64,000 nt of DNA from assembly GCA_951406725.2 (NCBI GenBank), contig OX597827.1:29388001-29452000 (forward strand). Reading direction: 5' to 3'. The notes beneath the pieces are model-generated. The model searched no databases and was not told where the DNA came from. It saw only the letters and a program-made list of their open reading frames with translations. This DNA comes from Octopus vulgaris (lineage: Eukaryota). The position numbers were made by a program, and so were the translations under genes. This document shows positions 41,873 to 54,609 of this stretch, one piece after another. The first letter of the stretch is position 1. Every line of letters begins with the position of its first letter.

Positions 41873-42852
41873 TGCATACATTCATAGATACTGTTATTCA
41901 CGTAAAAATGTGTATTTGTAAAGATGGTGTATTTCTATGCTTGGTATGAGTACATATGTAATGCATGTTTGTATGTACATGTGTCATGCAAAAGAGTGCG
42001 CATTTGTATGCATCTAGGAAAATATGAAGCATTTACCTGTATGCAAAATTCTATATGAATGTACATGTTTTTGAAGATATGGGGGTATGTTCATATGCAG
42101 TGTAAAAATAAATGGAGTATATGTGGATATACAATGATATATGTGGAGGAATAGTTTAAATATAAATAGAGAGGTATGCATCTGTATAGATCTGATATAA
42201 CAATTCATGAATATATAAAAACTGTATATATGTATACATTTAGTAAATTTAGAGTTGTAGAAAGTATATACAGTCCGTTGATATTGCGTGAAGTGCTGTG
42301 CATTTATACACACCTTGCGTAGTGGATATACATCATGTCCTGTATGTGTCAATGGCTTATGTGTTGTGTGAAGTAATATCTAGCATACACACGTGTACAT
42401 CTAGTTCAGAAAGCAACGCTCGTACATATATACATTTGTGCGTGTGTGTGTGCGTTTGTGTACAATACTATATGTAACTGCATTATTAAGTGTATATTAT
42501 TGTCTTCTCTGTGAGTATGTGAGTGCTCAAGTGTGAGCTAGCTGCTGGTCATATGTTAATGATGCTAAAAGTCTCATTATCAGCTCTTGTACGTTACCCA
42601 AATGACTAGCACCCTGCAAGCAAATCACTCGTCAATTGTGGCTGCGCATTGTTATCATTCTCTCCAACGCCACTCCCCCAACACTCTGACGATGCAGCAG
42701 CGCCTCGGGGGGTATTTTCTGAGCGCATTAATATCTGGTTTACATGACGAAGAAGAATCAATGGAAACTATATAAAATAAAATGCATAAACTATACTATA
42801 ACCATACAAAAAATAGACACACACTCTACACACATACACAAACACAAACACA

Positions 42853-42892
<40 letters not shown>

Positions 42893-43114
42893 AGTATATG
42901 TATGTATATATATATCTATATATATACATACAAATATACATGCATAAATGTAAATACACACACATAAAAATGTAGATATACACATTTAAAAAAGAAGTTA
43001 GAGACACGTATAATTATACATACAGTACTCACACACTCTTACACATACACATGTATATATGCGTGTAAATGTGTGTATATATGTGTGTATACGTATATAT
43101 ATATATATATATGC

Positions 43115-43154
<40 letters not shown>

Positions 43155-44486
43155 ATGTATATCTCCATATATACACACATATTCATATGTATATATACGT
43201 ATATCTTTATGAATATATATGTATGTATATGTGTATATTCATGTATACACATGCACATACAGTGCACAACTCAACACAAACACACATTCATAACCAAGCA
43301 TGCATACATATTTAGTAGAATGTTAAAACATGCACTGAGTAGAAAGCTTTAAATGATGTATTATGGCGCAAACTGTGCATACATTTTAAGTGCGTGCGCA
43401 TGTGTGAAAGTCTTTGTACCTGTGTCTGTCGATAGAGAGAGAGAAAGAAGGGAGAGAACAGTAAAAGCAAATACTCCATTCGTATAGAGATAAAGGACAT
43501 AAAGGACACACACACGTACGCACACACATAGACACATACATGTTCAGATATAGAAGCACGTAGACAAACACATCCACAGATGAACCATACTTATACACAC
43601 TTGTATTTATATGCATTCCATCATCAGAATTGCATGGCGATTCTCTCTATGAAATCATTGCTTTTCATGTCTCCTTCACTAACCTAGATTGTTTTCCTAT
43701 TTCTCGAAACTACTACACAATAATACTCTTAAAGAAATATGGCCGACTTAAATCAGAAATTTCATTTTTGGCATTTAGCTTATCTTTAACCACCTATTTT
43801 AACATAAAATCGTTGATTTCATCAAAATACATTTTAACGTATTCAACTCTGACATACGTATTACCTCTCGTTTCTTTGTTTAATAATTAAGACTTCAGTT
43901 TTTAAAAAAACGACAAATTCCGATGGCTTTGCTAAACCGCTACGCTCAGACACCAATGAACCTTCTTTTGATCTTCATTATCATTTTTCACGTCAGCCAT
44001 ATTTATCATTTGTACCAGTAATTTTAATAGTATTGAAAGGATCACAATATTTCAAAGCGTATAAGCTATCCCCTTTGAAGGTATCTCTATTGATATTAAT
44101 ATTACCTAATGTTTGTCTAACAAGATCAGTTGGCTTTACAATAACGCAAACTTTTTTTATTATCAACTTCTTATATATTCCGTTACTGTATCATCTATAA
44201 ATAGTTTATTATTCATGAATGCAGCATCATTATTTCATGCACATTTTTTTCCTTCTTTCACACTCAACCTACCTATGCCATTGCAATCTTTGTATATGGC
44301 TTTGCACAATCTCGCTGTATGAATTTATTCTACAAGTAATTGATCCTTAACCTCTGTGCGCGTTCTCTCTCTTTCTCTCTCGCTCGCTCCTCACTCTCCC
44401 TTTCTTTCTCTTTCACTCAATTTCCTTCTCTATCTCACTATCTGTGTCACATCCTTTCCTTCTCTGCTACTAATATATCATGTACT

Positions 44487-44570
<84 letters not shown>

Positions 44571-46467
44571 AGTACGATCCACTGTAACTTCTCTAACCAA
44601 TCTATCACCAATACCGGTACACGTTATCAGTCTGAAATTATCAGCTGCATTGCCTTTGTCTGTGTTCTTCAAACACAGAATTGTTCTACTTCATGTCAGC
44701 TATTCTGGCAATATATATCGGACATATAATATATTATTTAAAAGTTCAAAAGGTTTTCTTATCCTCTGCCGCCACTGCAACTCATCAACACCAGATGCTT
44801 TCTAGTTTCGTAATTCGGTAACTTCTTGCATAAGATCACTATCTGCTCTTATAACAATGTCGTCTTCCATATTGGTTAACATTACTTACATTCTGATAAA
44901 ATATCTGCAACTATAACAACAAAAAATAAATGTCCACTTCTTTCGTTTCCTACTTTGTTACTTCAAATTCCATTCCCGCCAATGTTTGCAGTTTTCACTG
45001 CTATGAATTATTTTAGCATTGTTTAAGTTCCAATTTACTTCTTCTTATAGAATTATCCTATGTCTATGTAGAACATAGAATTCCGCTTTTATTGTTTTAC
45101 CCTTTCATTGTTCATATCTGTTAACATTAACCTCTTAAGCTATAACTCTCGAGTTTTTATTCTCGTCTTACACCATATTTTCTTTCAAGCAACAAATATT
45201 AACTCTCATTATTTTCCCATATTCTTTGTCTCTTCTCTAATAAGCATACGCTTTTTTTTACCATTTTTACACAATCTTCAATTATCTTATAATGTCCAGC
45301 TTGCATACTTTTCCTAAAGATTCATTCTATTTTTTCTTCAATTCCGAATCTTTCAGAAACATAACAGTGTTTCGTATATATATTACTTGTGATCCTATCG
45401 TTACTAATATAATATAACATACCATAGTGACTGATTGTCACAGCCCCATCGGACTCTTCTTCTTCTTCTTCTCTTTGCTGTCTTCCCTGCTTTTTCTATT
45501 CCTTTTCACTTATTCAATATTCATTCCTTATAGTTCTTATTTGGTTTCAGTCAAATATTCTTTCTTTCCTTTTGTACACTCACAACAAATTGTTTTCCCA
45601 TACATTCGCTAATTTCATTCATATATTTCTTATCATTCCGGAAACTTTCTCCCTAATCTCTTCTCTCTATCTCAGTATTTGCCAAAGAATCCATATTTTT
45701 TAATTACCCAAACTTCATCAGGGATTCTTTTAGTTTTCTCAGATGTTTTTATTCTTTTTCTTTCGTTTATATTTCCCTTTATTATTGCTGTTCTTGTTCG
45801 TGTTCTTGTTGTTTATGCTGTTGATATTAGCAATCTTTTCTCTCGACAAAATTGGAACACTCCTGCTAACTCCCTACCCCCTATATCTGCATATGCATAT
45901 GTGTACATCTATCTATCTATATATGTATGTATGTGTATGTGTGTCCATATACATATATGTGTGTGTGTTTGTGCGTGTGTATGTATACAGATATATGTAT
46001 ATATATATATATGCATTTATATATATATATATATATGTGTGTGTGTATGTGAGTGTGTGTATGTATGTGTGTGTGTGAAACATTTAACAATTTTTAAATT
46101 TTTGTCCCTTGCTTATTAATGAAATATCAACTCATCAGTCTTACGTCCTAAAATTAAATTTCTTAATCTTATTCTCGTCATTTATGTTTATGTTCATCAC
46201 CACCACCATCATCACCACCACCACCATCATCATCATTATTATTATTATAGTCACGAGTTTTTTGTTTGTTTGTTTTGGTTTTTTGCTACTGCATCACCAG
46301 CTGCACATCTGCATTTCTGAGATGTGTTCAGAATTATCTTACATCAGAAAGTGTCTTACATCTAATCTGCTCTGCTTTATCTGTTCTTAATATACCGCTT
46401 CGTTTGTTTATTTGTTGTGAAATGTATTATTTAAGGTAGTGAGAGGTGATTACCTATTATTATTATA

Positions 46468-46544
<77 letters not shown>

Positions 46545-47304
46545 CATTATTATCATTATTATTATTATTATCGTTATTATTATATTATATGTGCTGTGTA
46601 TGTAAAATCTATCTCTTACTGAGTGATAATTTTGTTACGTAGATAATTTGTAAGTTGTGTTATAATGTTACAGCAGCGGTAAATGGTCGTGCAGAGAGTA
46701 TGATATTTGATCTTTTTTAATTCTGAATTCAATGAGTCTTATGTATGATGCCTTGCAAGAAGACATACGTTCATACGTGTAAAGTTGTAAACGCCGAAAT
46801 GATGTGTGTGTGTGTGTGTGTGTGTGTGCATGTGTGTGTGCATGTGTGTGTGTGTGCATGCGTGCGTTGCTTGCTTAATGTGCTTATCTATCATACATAG
46901 TACATCTGCTATTGTGGCTCAATGCATGCTAAGCGTTGCCGGCCACAGCAATCATACTGACCACCGGGTATATTATCATCCGACAAGTTCCACACTCTAA
47001 CTGAGGATGAAGATCATTCAAATACAAGGATGCTACTGCAAGATGCACATTACATGAAACTGAGGACCTACCAAATTCAACAGAGAACGAAGATTCTTGA
47101 TGTAAAGTTGTGAAAATTATTTCAATTGCAGTAGCTTCACAATGAGAACAGCGATAATTTTGGAGTAAAGATTATTTGCCAACATAACGTGACAGTCCTG
47201 GTTTAGGAGGAATGCTGCTGTACTACTGAGAAAATCGCATTTAGATCTTATCGTGTCAAAAATTCTTCTTGCATTTTATCAATAATTTCTTAGATTGCGT
47301 GAAT

Positions 47305-47680
47305 ATTCTTTTCTACTCAAGGCATAAGGCTCGAAATTTTGGGAGAGGGGGCCAGTCGATTAGATCGATCCCAGTATGCAATTGATGCTTAAGTTATCGA
47401 CCGCGAAAGGATGAAAGGCAAAGTTGACCTCGGCGGAATTTGAACTCAGAACGTAACGGCAGACGAAATACCTATACCCACAAGAGGCTAAACACAGAGA
47501 AGACAAACAAGGACAGACAAACGGATTAAGTCGATTATATCGACCCCAGTGCGTAACTAGTACCTATTTAATCGACCCCGAAAGAATGAAAGGCATTTGA
47601 ACTCAGAACGTAGCGGCAGACGAAATACTGCTAAGTATTTCGCCTGGCGTGCTAACGATTCTGCTAGCTCGCCACCTTAA
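47305..47680 (-). mobile_element. Dimeric SINE family C (Nin/Deu-like domain)
   Basis: Two tandem units containing GTTCTGAGTTCAAAT..GCCTTTCAT(C/T)CTTTCG(C/G)GGTCGAT on the minus strand. Confidence 0.75.
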
Positions 47681-47740
47681 TTTGCAGGAATATTAACAAC
47701 AAAATTGTCTTATAAAATCTTCCTACATAATATCAAAATA

Positions 47741-48043
47741 ATCACCGTGATCACCGTAACCGACCAGGCTATCAAATGTTACTACACATCGCTGGTCACA
47801 ATGCGCTTTGCATTGTTTTAGCCTTCAAAGGACGCCACTCCGCTGGCTATGCAAGTAGACCAACAGAAGAAAGAAAGAAAGTTGTGGCGAAAGAGTACAG
47901 CAGGGATTGCCACCACATCTTGCCGGAGTCTCGTGGAGCTTTAAGTGTTTTCGCTCAATAAACACAACGCCCGGTCTGGGAATCGAAACCGCGATTCGAC
48001 AACCGCGAGTCCGCTGCCCTAACCGCTGGGCCATTGTGCCGCC
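47741..48043 (-). mobile_element. SINE with family A head, third tail type
   Basis: Minus strand A box TGGCCCAGCGG and B box GGTTTCGATTCCC; tail shared with 16700-16807. Confidence 0.85.
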
Positions 48044-48143
48044 ATCAAAATAATATTAATCCCAAAACTTATAATTTACTAAATGTTAGTATATTTCTTC
48101 TTTCTTGTAATTACTGTTTCATTTCCATAAAATATATTGATAT

Positions 48144-48360
48144 AGGCGCAATGGCCCAGTGGTTAGGGCAGCGGACTTGCGGTCGGAGGATCGCGGTTTC
48201 GATTCCCAGACCGGGCGTTGTGTGTGTTTATTGAGCGAAAACACCTAAAAGCTCCACGAGGCTCCGGCAGGGGATGGTGGTGATCCCTGCTGTACTCTTT
48301 CACCACTCTAAAAGGCGGTGCTCCAGCATGGCCGCAGTCAAATGACTGAAACAAGTACAA
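48144..48360 (+). mobile_element. Chimeric SINE: family A head joined to family B tail
   Basis: Matches 2296-2456 up to TTTCACCAC, then AAGGCGGTGCTCCAGCATGGCCGCAGTCAAATGACTGAAAC and an A-rich tail. Confidence 0.8.
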
Positions 48361-48387
48361 AAAAAAAAAATAATAAAAAAAAAAAAT

Positions 48388-50240
48388 AGGTTCACAAAAT
48401 TCTTCTTGTGAATTCTAGTGGGCGTATCTCGCCAGAAAAATAAGAATAAGCCATTTGGATTACCTTTTTGGAATATTATACAAAGGATTCACTGTCTGTG
48501 CTATTTGTGAGATTTTTCTTTAACTTTTCCCTTCTTCTATTATTTCTTTCTTTCTAAATTTTGGTTCATTCTTTTCATTACTTTAATTTCAGTTTCCTCC
48601 CCTCCCCCTTATTTTGTTTTATTTTTATTCGGTTTAATTTTTTGGCAGACTGTCTTTTGAACTACCTTTGAACTGTTTTTTGACATGGCAGAGAAGGAAC
48701 TTAAAAAGAAAAACTCTGTCTTAGAGTGGGAAATTAACCCGCCTAAGCAATGGTTAAAAGATATGGAGGAGAAGACGATTGTACTTAGAACGTATTCTAA
48801 AGTTCTTAATTCCATCACCGTCTTCCCAAAACAAGTCATAAAAAAGAACATTTGTTCTCTGTAAAATATATATCCCGTGGTGTCAAACATGCAACCGTAT
48901 GGTTGTTATTTGACAACGGGGAAAAGGCTCGCCAGTTTGCGAGACAGCGTTTAGAAGGCAAGGAAATCCTGTTTCTCCCGTCATATTGTGGAAGAAAATT
49001 AATACGAGCCTGGATATGTGGGCTCCCCTCGGGCACCGAAGCGGATTGGATTGAAGATACCATCTGACGGGGACTGGGAGATGGCGGGCCCAGGCTCTTA
49101 AATGTAAGAGTATTGCCGGAGGTCGATTGGGAAGGGTCAAAAGCGATTTTGACCCTGTGGACCCCATCGGCCGCAACAGAACTGGTTTTTCCAGATTTCT
49201 TGAAAATGGCTGGCAGCAGGTATCCGGTGATACTTGAGGGACGTCCCCCAAAGTGTCACTCGTGCCTGCAGCCAGGCCACATTAAAAGGAACTGCCTCCA
49301 GGACCATGTTAAGGTCCTGGAACAGTCACTAGATGCCACCTCCCCTACCCGGTCAAAGGGAGAGGTGGATGTGATCGAGGAGGCTTCAGCCTTCTCAACT
49401 CAAAAAGGATTAAAAAGGAAGAAGGCAACAATAGTTGCCCGCCGAAGGAACCTAAGGCTTCGGAAGGCGGGGGAGAGTCTCCGGACAAAGCGGAAGAGCT
49501 CCACTCTCCCGAAGCCAGGAAGAAAAGAAAGAAAAGAAGGAAGAAGAACGGGTCATCTCAGCGGGGAGATGATGTGCCGACTGCATGTCCCGAAGTTGTG
49601 CCACCCACGGTGGAAGAAACCACCCCACCCTTAAAGATGATCAATTAATTATCTTTTTCTACAAGGGCGGGAGGTGGAAAAAATAGTAGAAGAACATAAA
49701 GAAACAGTAGATATGCCCTTCACACGGGATCCCGAATGGCCTCCGCAGATAGCTGTGGAGGTCATAAGGTTTCCCTTGTGGGAAAGTCTTAAAGGATTTG
49801 GGGAGGAATGTCGCATATGGCCGGGTGGCTCTTACACGACTTACATGTCCTACATGAGTGAGGCATGGGAAATGTTCTTTGTACTGTCTATACAGGAACT
49901 CAAGCGGCATTGAAGATAATGATGAATATATCGAAGAGTAGGAGGTGAAAGACCCTCGTCACAGGGTTTGAAACCTCATCTTATTGGATTAGTTTGTAGT
50001 GATTTATAACCTCAATTTTGTGCTTTAAGAAAAAAGAAAGAAAACATGTTAAGTAAGAGGTTCGAAACCTCATACTGATTTCAAAAAAAAAAAAGAAAAT
50101 ATGTTTTCGAGAAAGATCCAATCGGCGGGTGTTGGGTTTCGTCTCTCATTTATTCATTATATTTCATTTTCATTCATTAATGTATTTGTCCAGCCCGCAA
50201 AGTTCTTTGTACTGTCTATATGACAAATTTATGAAATAAA
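48388..50240 (+). mobile_element. ORF1-only L1/Tx1-like retroposon, copy 1
   Basis: T-rich 5' region; broken ORF 48685-49913; 3' region ending TGTCCAGCCCGCAA..GAAATAAA; no RT or endonuclease motifs. 5' boundary approximate. Confidence 0.7.
48685..49913 (+). pseudogene. L1/Tx1-type ORF1-like protein (RRM-like region, CCHC zinc knuckle, charged linker, C-terminal domain), frameshifted
   Basis: MAEKELKKKNSVLEWEINPPKQW..; YISRGVKHATVWLLFD; YPVILEGRPPKCHSCLQPGHIKRNC (CX2CX4HX4C); WPPQIAVEV..RIWPG. Confidence 0.7.
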
Positions 50241-51932
50241 GTAGCTGCCTTATCTCGCTTACCCATGCGTGAGTTTGTCATTCACTTACGAGAGTTAACA
50301 CTGTCAAGACGTGCTTGGAAGCCGTCTTGAATTAAAGAACCGTTGAAGTCGCGACTGCAAAGTAGGCATCTGTCTTTTAGGAATTCGGTGGGGAAATTTT
50401 ATTTTTTTATCTTGTTTTTTTTTCTTGAATAAGAAATCCTAACTGGGTCCTAGACATTTGTCTGCTGCGGATGCGCCGAGTGACTCAATTAGCTGTGAGA
50501 ATTGTTGTTTTGGTGGGCGTGTCTAAATACCAAAATTTGGAAAATTTATGAATTCGTGGAGGAATGTTTATGTGCTGCAACGCTGAACTGGAGCACCTGT
50601 ATTTTTGTGGATTATCTGAGTGGTGGAATTGTGTTGCCGTGAATTGAACTGTTTTCCTTCGTTCTTTTTTCTTTGCTCCGTCTTTCTGTTCTGTTTTTTT
50701 GTGTGTTTTTATTGGACCTTTTATTTGGAACATTTTGGATTTTGTGTTCAACATTTTTTCTTTTTTTTCTTTTTCAAGCATGGCAACAAAAAAAAACACT
50801 GTATTGGAGTGGCAAATTGTGGCCCCCAAGCAGTGGGAAGAAACTTTAATGAATGAACAGTGATGTTGAGGACATATTCTAAGTCCCTCGACACCATCAC
50901 TGTGGACTTGAAAAGGAGTTGGCAACTATTACGTTTATTGTAAAGGATGTCAAATATACAATGGTGTGGTTACTGTTTGATACCACTGGGGAGGCTCGAG
51001 ATTTTGCGAGCCAAACCTTGGAAGGGGAGAAAATTCTGTTTCTCCCCACATATGGAGAGAAGAAGGAACGAAGGCGGCAGAGGAGGCGGAGGACTCCTCA
51101 AAGAAGGGCCGCAAGAAGAAGAAGGTGAGCGATAATGGGTGCTCACCGAAGGATCCTAGGGATGAGGGAGGGGAGGCGAATCTCCCGGTTACGGAGGAGA
51201 CGCACCCTCCTCCAGCTAAGAAGAAAAAATGAAGAAGAGGAAGGAAAACAGGACATTGCCGGCAGTCGGTGACATAGTAACGGAATGTCCCGGAACGGCG
51301 TCGGTAGGGGTTGTGCCACCGGCAAAGGAAGAGACACTGTTGGCGGGAATTGTGCCGCCAACGGTAGAATTGACTACCACGACCCCGGAGGAAGACAAAT
51401 TATTGGTCTTCTACAGAGATGGAAAGGTGGAAAAGTGGTGGAAAGAAACTATAAGGGAGTACCTTTGACTTTCACACTGGAATCCTAATGGCCTCCGCAG
51501 ATAGCTGTGGAGGCCATAACGTTGCTCGTGATGCGTAGGCTGCAGGGAATCAAAGAGGAATATCGCTTGTGGCCGGGCGACGCCGACTCGAAGCCCGCCT
51601 TGGTTTAAACGAGGCGTGGGCGAAGGCGGAGTCTACGGGCACAAGCGACTTTGGGGAGGAAAATTGACACGGGGTTCAAAAGCCTATGTGTTATAATGTT
51701 TAAGTGTGTAAGAGGCTCAGCGCCTCAATTTGTAAATGGACTATTAAGTCCAATAATTGTAAAACGGAAGTAAGAGGTTCAATACATCGGTTTGTTTTTT
51801 GTGTAAAAAAATAATGTTTTAGGGGGCGTTTTTTGTCTTCTCCCATGAATATCATTTTATTTCATCAATGTTTCTGTCCAGCTCGCAAGCTACTCTGTAT
51901 CATGCCTTTATAGCAAAATTTTTTGAAATAAA
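50241..51932 (+). mobile_element. ORF1-only L1/Tx1-like retroposon, copy 2 (diverged, internally deleted)
   Basis: ATG at 50780 MATKKNTVLEWQIVAPKQW; VWLLFDTTGEARDFASQTLEGEKILFLPTYG; FYRDGKVEK; WPPQIAVEA..RLWPG; zinc knuckle region missing; same 3' end TGTCCAGCTCGCAA..GAAATAAA. Confidence 0.7.
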
Positions 51933-52302
51933 GTAGCTTGCTTACCAACCACATGGTTACAGGTTCAGTCCCACTGCGTGGCATTTTCGGCAAGTATCTT
52001 CTACTATTGCCACGGGCCGACCAAAGCCTTGTGAGTGGATTTGGTAGACGGAAACTGAAAGAAGCCCGTCATATAAATATATATATGTGTATGTGTGTGT
52101 GTGTGTATATGTTTGTATGTCTGTGTTTGTCCTTTCAACATCGCTCGACAACCGATTCTGGTGTGTTTACATCCTCGTAACTTAGCGGTTCGGCGAAAAA
52201 GACCGATAGAAATAAGTACTAGACTTACAAAGAATACGTCCTGGGGTCGATTTGCATGACTTTGGCCATGCTGGCCACAGTCAAATGACTGAAACACATA
52301 AG
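51933..52302 (+). mobile_element. SINE family B lacking its first ~25 nt
   Basis: Begins GTAGCTTGCTTACCAACCACATGG, just after the A box seen in the 16893-17052 copy. Confidence 0.85.
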
Positions 52303-52544
52303 AGGAAAAAAATGCAAAGATAAAGTGCATTTTCTAGTCTATACGCGTTGGGTCATTTCTTTTTCTCAGAAAAGTTGTGTCTGAAGATACATTGCACAAA
52401 AATTTATTTACGTGACTTTCGTGTCAGCCCTTGTGATAGTGTGCTGGTGTATTTCAGGCAACAGGGTTTTCGGATTTCTATGCTATGCCTTGTAATAATG
52501 GTTCTCGGTGCCCTCTGCGACACACACGTTCTTTTTCTTTTCTT

Positions 52545-52750
52545 CTATTCTTTTACATGTTTCAGTCACTTGACTGCAGCCATGCTGGAGCACCGCCTTT
52601 AATCGAAGAAATCAACCCCAGGACTTATTCTTTGTAAGCCTAGTACTTATTGCATCGACGTCTTTAGCCGACCCGCTAGGTTACGTGGAGGTAAACACAT
52701 CAACATCGGTTGTCAAGTGATGGTGGGGGGACAAATACAGACACACGAAC
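52545..52750 (-). mobile_element. SINE family B 3' part
   Basis: TTTCAGTCACTTGACTGCAGCCATGCTGGAGCACCGCC..AAGCCTAGTACTTATT on the plus strand. Confidence 0.75.
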
Positions 52751-52770
52751 ATATGCATATATATATGATA

Positions 52771-53957
52771 CTAGCTTAAGGTGACCCGCTCTACGCGCGG
52801 GCAAGAGTGTGGTTGTTACTTTCTGTTGCTTACTTTCAGCACGTAAAAAGCACCATCCGAACGTGGCCGATGGCAGCGCCGCCTTGACTGGCTTCTGTGC
52901 CGGTGGCACGTAAAAAGCACCAAACGATCGTGGCCGCTGCCAGCCCCGCTGGCATCTGTGCCGGCGGCACGAAAAAAGCACCCACTACACTCGCAGAGTG
53001 GTTGGCGTTAGGAAGGTCATCCACCTGTAGAAACACTGCCAGATCAGACTGGAGCCTGGTGCAGCCTGCTGGCTTCCCAGACCCCGGTCAAACTGTCCAA
53101 CCCGTGCTAGCACGGAAAACGGACGTTAAACGATGATGATGATGATGATGATTCTCCCTCTTTGTTTCTCTCTCCTTTCTCTCTCACTTTCCCACTCTCT
53201 TACTTTCCTTTTGTTTCGGACTCTCATTCGCTTTCTCTTACTCTCTATCTTTATCTATCTCTCTCCCATTTATAAACAACAAAAGATCTTGAGTAAGTTG
53301 AGAAATAAAATATTTAGAAAGATCAATCATAAATATCAGGCAGTGACAACGGAAATGTCTGCTTCAAGGCAGACAGCAAAACACTAACATTTAAAAGGGA
53401 CAGACGAACTTGCGAGCTGAATAAAAATAATAAAATATTGGAAACCAAAGTTTGAAGGGATAGTATCTGAGGATAGTAGAGTCACCATGGCTGGCATTTC
53501 TTAACGACGGACAGCAACGTATTGACAGTTTAACGGCTGGCGTAAAATTTTGAACTTGATGTAAAAGAAAATTCCTAAACACCAAGTTTTGAAGTGATTC
53601 TTTCTCACGACAGTAGACTCACCATGGCAAGCATTCAGAACTTCATCATGGACGGCAACACATTGTCGATTAAAAGGCTGGCGCAAATTTTTTAGCTTGA
53701 TGTAACAGAAAATTCCTAAACACCCGCTCCTGTAAATTTTAATCCCCTTCCAGCCCCATTTAGACCCCTTTTTACATTTTTTTAAATATAACCCGATTTC
53801 ATTCGGGTCTACTGGGGCCACATTTTATAAGATGAGGAATTTTGTCCAAGAGGTCACGCCTTTAATTTGATGAAAAAATAGTTGTCATGCAAACTCGCCA
53901 GCACTTTTAACATAGGTCTGCATATTTTCAGCTCAACCGACCACATAATGCACATAT

Positions 53958-53960
<3 letters not shown>
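52771..53960 (-). mobile_element. Probable non-autonomous Helitron (family H3) with internal tandem unit
   Basis: Minus strand CCCGCGCGTAGAGCGGG hairpin then CTAG|T at 52771; two ~135-bp-period units at 53476-53725; 5' end inferred at the (TA)n tract. Confidence 0.55.
52838..53151 (+). mobile_element. 5'-truncated retroposon tail ending in (GAT)n
   Basis: Three ~62-bp-period units with GCACG(T/A)AAAAAGCACC, then GGTTGGCGTTAGGAAGG..GGACGTTAAAC(GAT)n. Confidence 0.6.
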
Positions 53961-54007
<47 letters not shown>

Positions 54008-54013
<6 letters not shown>

Positions 54014-54531
54014 TCGCCATACTAATATGGCATTCTTATAAAAATAAGAATAAAGCTGTCCGCTTATTAGCTCCATGAGGCCATCGCCTTAAGTTAGCTA
54101 TTTGATACACAAACTGTATCCATATAACCTTCGAACAAGGGAGGTCAGTCGCTCCACACTACTTGACCGACAGCTACAGACGCGTTTCGGGGTATTGCCC
54201 CTTTTCAATGCAGCGTAGTCAGACCAGTAGGTGTCGCTTCTGACAATCTCTGTTCGAAGGTTTTATTTACCTAGTTTCAGTGGAATACATCCACTTGTTT
54301 TCAATAATAGAAATATTAAAATTACTAAGTCTCTCTAAAAGAGAACACGGCAGCGTTCCCGGAAAATAATAGTTATCGCCATACTAATATGGCATTCTTA
54401 TAAAAATAAGAATAAGCGGACAGCTTTATTCTTATTTTTATAAGAATGCCATATTAGTATGGCGATAACTATTATTTTCCAGGAACGCTGCCGTGATCTC
54501 TTTTAGAGAGACTTAGTAATTTTAATATTTC

Positions 54532-54538
<7 letters not shown>
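54008..54538. mobile_element. Non-coding PLE-like remnant with partial tandem repeat, long palindrome and degenerate hammerhead (54174-54213, minus)
   Basis: 54008-54053 repeated at 54370-54415; ~110-bp inverted arms 54305-54415 and 54426-54537; minus strand CUGCA-UUGAAAA-GGGG..CCCC-GAAA-CGCG-UC-UGUAG. Confidence 0.7.

Positions 54539-54603
<65 letters not shown>

Positions 54604-54609
<6 letters not shown>

Noticed and set aside
52838-52985. CRISPR-like repeat and spacer pattern (GCACGTAAAAAGCACC x3)
   Set aside because: Spacers resemble each other, the context is eukaryotic and there are no cas genes; it is a tandem unit in a retroposon tail.
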